Of a stretch of 64,000 nt of DNA, positions 60,608 to 64,000 are shown piece after piece. A model generated the notes under the pieces. The model saw only the letters and a list, made by a program, of their open reading frames with translations. It was not told where the DNA came from and made no database searches. The stretch is from assembly GCA_044892525.1 (NCBI GenBank), contig CM097886.1, positions 111,042,001 to 111,106,000 on the forward strand. The letters are read 5' to 3'. How positions within the stretch are numbered: the first letter of the stretch is position 1; every line of letters starts with the position of its first letter. Both the position numbers and the translations under genes were made by a program. This stretch comes from Schmidtea polychroa (taxonomy: Eukaryota).

Positions 60608-62807
60608 TTATTTAAAAAAATCGAATTTTGTTAATTGACACAGTGTATACCTTGAAGTTTATTATTGTCATAATTTATATTATCATAATAATAATTTTTG
60701 ATTGTCATAATTTGTATTATCATAATAATAATTTTAGTCACCATTTCATTTTGATTATTGATAAATCAGTAGTGATTTTATTTGCTGAATGACTTATTGA
60801 CAGTATAACTATTTTATTATTAGTCACAATCATATATTATTCATTCACTCTGGTCCCAACGTATTAAATAATTTATTTATTTAGTCATTGTGGTCCTCAC
60901 ATAATGAAATTGCAATTTTCTTAACTATTGAAATTTGTTTGATTGTTTTATTGATGCATGCTTTTTTAAAATTACTTAACCGATACCTTTTAATTGTTAC
61001 TAGCATGGCAAAAATATTCACAACTTTTTCTATTTCTAATTTATTTATTATGTCATTACCATACCGACCGATTCCCAGAGCTTCTATATCCCTTTGTTTT
61101 CTCAACTTGATAAGCACTAGCGGTATCAACAATCCTTTTTGTCGGTGTTTCAGAAGCCCATATGCCACTTCTATCTTTCTGTCTGATAAAGTTGACAAGT
61201 GTTCATACAGGCCTATCTGCGATAATCATTAATATTTCGGATATCTAGTTGAAATGTTTTATAATTAATTACCCTGCTTTTTATCAATGTACTCCGTTTA
61301 GATTATAATACTAATAAGCGCTCTATATAAGTTTCTTTATTGCCACTTCTCATTAGTTTGGCTTTTTCAATCTTCAAGTAAGAATTTTATATTTTATTTT
61401 TGTATTAATTTTTTTTTCAGTAATATTATCTTTCAATAATATGGACGTAAGTGATTCTTTTGAATTTTTACCATGCTGTCCTCAATTATTAGTTATTCGT
61501 ATTGTATTCCCTCATACCAACCGAACATTTGCAATCGCTGTCCAGGGTAGTCAAACCCCGATGATTGCAAATGCTCGTGTTGTTTATTAAACAAAATTAT
61601 TTACTTTTAACTTATTTAATTTATTATTTTGCTTATGTAACTGCCTATACTACACTCATGTTTTGGGGTATTTATTTTCAATTTTCCATTTTGTATTTAT
61701 TTATACAATAAGAGCAAACCTTTATTTACACCTAGCCTATATTTGTTAATGATTGCGCTTGCATTTTTCCTAACAATTTTAGCCGTATTTATACTTAGGT
61801 ATTTTCAACTAATTGAACTTTTGTTTTAATTTTTTTTTCGGGTAATATGAATTTTGTTTTAATTTAGTATTATGTATTTCTTTAAGATCTACTTTCTGGT
61901 TGTTCACACTATGATATACTATTTCTCTGCAACTAATTATATATCGGGGGCGCCATGGTACGGACTTTTATATAGGCTTTACTTTATTTCATCTTTCAAC
62001 TATTACTAATTTAGGTTGTTACGGCACCCAAATTTGAATAACTGGATGTTGTGAAATGGTTACTTTCTAACAGGTTATATTCTAACAGGTTTTTATTTTC
62101 ATTTTTCAGGGTCCCTTTACCACCGCGTCGACAGGGCCTAAAGCGCACCTTCGCCTGCGTGGATACGTCCAGCAGGTTCGAGAGACGCCCACCGTGCAAT
62201 GTGCGCAAGAAATTGGACTGCGGTGTCCAAAGTCCTATTTTGCTGGACTCTGATGACGAATACTAAAAAATACTCTAATGAATAAAGTATTCAGCATACA
62301 TTTGTTTTTGTTTTGGATAATATTTCTATTGGGATAGTCGGTCTACCTCCCTCAATTTGTGCTAGGAGTATTAGAAAGGGTGGGATATTTGTAATCCTCG
62401 TCGTGATTAGCCTTTGTTCCTACTGGGAATTGTAGCTACTATGAAACTATTACTTACTTACTAATATTTATTGGTTATAATTTTATTCTCTCGCCCCAGT
62501 AGGTTACCCATGGTCATTTAGTTATGTTAATTTATTTATCAATTACTAGTCAGTCATTTATTTATTACTTTATTTATCAATTGGCAGTCATTTATTTATA
62601 ACATTTATTTTATTTATTTATTTTCTTTTTTATTTTATTTGCTCATTTTACTTTATTTATTTGCTGAATTACTCAATTATTTATTCATTTATTTGTCTTT
62701 TTAAGTTATTTAATTCATCTATTTGTTCGTTTATTTATTTACTTATACATTACCTTTCTATTTTCCGAGGACGAAAAATAAAACAGGGGTCCGTTCACAT
62801 AATTTAT

Positions 62808-63056
62808 TTAATCCAATTGATTGAGCTCACCCTCATCCTCCGATTCCTCCGACACTCCTTCTACCTTCATCCGAAACATTATGAAATCCGCTTCATGTTG
62901 AAATAGTAAATTCTCCATGCGATCCAACCGCTTTCTCAGATGGAAGTTTTCTTCCTCCAAATCCGTTATCCTACCATGCATACTTTGAAACTTCCGCTTC
63001 AAATCTTGTGTATTCGTTTTGCATTCTTTGCACGACATTTCCGAGGCTTTTTGCAT
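62808..63056 (-). CDS. Small CxxC plus coiled-coil ORF (hypothetical)
   Basis: SCKECK followed by heptad-like ITDLEEENFHLRKRLDRMENLL and an acidic tail. Confidence 0.35.
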   Translation of the reverse strand: MQKASEMSCKECKTNTQDLKRKFQSMHGRITDLEEENFHLRKRLDRMENLLFQHEADFIMFRMKVEGVSEESEDEGELNQLD

Positions 63057-63598
63057 TCTCTGAAATTAAATGATAATCAGTTTTATGTATTACTCTTCAT
63101 TCGCAAAGCATCAACACCTTGCCTTGAATCCTATCAAACAAATCGCACACCTCATACTATGATACTTATATAACATGCACTCTGTCTATATAATGCAATA
63201 TATTTATACATTATTTATAGCATGCAGATCACAAATTTATAGTCTTGTTTCATAATATGAATGTGATGGTGGTTGAAGGATAGTTAGTTGTCTCTTTTTC
63301 ACACATATGAAGATAGTGATGGTTATGAATATTACTGACAAGATGAGAAAACCTGTTATTAAAATGTAAATGAGATATTCACAATAGTTGACTGTCAAAT
63401 CCAAATTTGTCATCATTAGTTTATTTGTGTTAATAAAAGGTTTTGTCGTTCTTTGGGTTGGTTATTGGAAAGGTGATGTGGTCGTATATGACGTTCGTTT
63501 CGATTCGTTGATCGCCTTGACTTCCACGAAAATTGTTTGCCATCTGCCTGGTTCGGTCATCCATCGCTGATATTTAACTGTTATTTCCCATACCGTCT

Positions 63599-64000
63599 CT
63601 AAATCAGAAGTGTAAAGTGTAAAAAATGATTACCGGCATCTAATATAGTCAGGGTTCTCTGTTTGTAGTTAATAACAACTCTTTCATCATTTCCTGATTT
63701 TCTATATATTGTTACCGATCTATTTCCAACACTCAAGGTTATACGATTTGGCTCGTTTCTGAGAAAGATGAACTGGGTCTCACTCTTAAACCGTGACCAT
63801 TGGTTTCTCGCTACCATTCCAATTTCGAGGCATATGTTCTCGTAGTAGTTTGCACTAATTGAATAATTTTGATTCATTTTCAATTTCTCATAACGGACAA
63901 ATGATTTTCGCGAGTTGAGGGTGTCGACATTTAATCCTTGAAAAGTGATTTGCACTTTCACCAAATCCAGTGGCTTCCAATATATATTGATTCCATCCAT
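63599..64000 (-). CDS. Hypothetical protein; may extend beyond the window
   Basis: 133 stop-free codons of globular, beta-rich-looking composition; no motif recognised. Confidence 0.4.
   Translation of the reverse strand: MDGINIYWKPLDLVKVQITFQGLNVDTLNSRKSFVRYEKLKMNQNYSISANYYENICLEIGMVARNQWSRFKSETQFIFLRNEPNRITLSVGNRSVTIYRKSGNDERVVINYKQRTLTILDAGNHFLHFTLLI

Larger units (their letters stand above)
59190..60830 (+). repeat. Direct duplication (59190-59957 and 60608-60830) flanking a Tc1/IS630 fragment
   Basis: gttatttaaaaaaatcgaattttgttaattgacacagtgtatacc... occurs twice; the second copy lacks the LTR. Confidence 0.85.

Noticed and set aside
62758-62792. TCCGAGGACGAAAAATAAAACAGGGG as another Gypsy PPT
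   Set aside because: Not followed by a TG-starting LTR and no pol upstream

Overview
AT-rich metazoan nuclear DNA with four N-gaps. It is probably a triclad flatworm; this is an inference from the 18S fragment and a NeSL/LIN-type retroelement. Host-gene content is small: the 5' five exons of a classical dynamin (minus strand), an intron-retaining syntaxin-16 pseudogene not visible in the ORF track, and an intronless RING-finger ORF. The rest is a nested transposon graveyard. It holds several hAT elements and MITEs with 8-bp TSDs, two piggyBac-type elements (one with an intron-containing transposase), a Zator, a near-intact Ty3/Gypsy provirus plus a deleted relative and further LTRs, and a NeSL-like RLE non-LTR element with an apparently inactive Ulp1-like domain. 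It also holds a Helitron helicase remnant fused to an 18S rRNA fragment, a Tc1/IS630 half-element and a protein-primed PolB remnant. The most unusual structure is a 4.9-kb element (30857-35737) with AGTAGG termini, a candidate 6-bp TSD, TIRs longer than 1.3 kb built from hierarchical tandem arrays, an internal snap-back hairpin and an orphan ORF. It reads as a non-autonomous, possibly copy-back, Polinton/Maverick derivative, and two more arm copies lie in the window. A dispersed, decayed zinc-finger/coiled-coil ORF cassette family is also present. All family assignments come from motif recognition by eye; no database searches were run.
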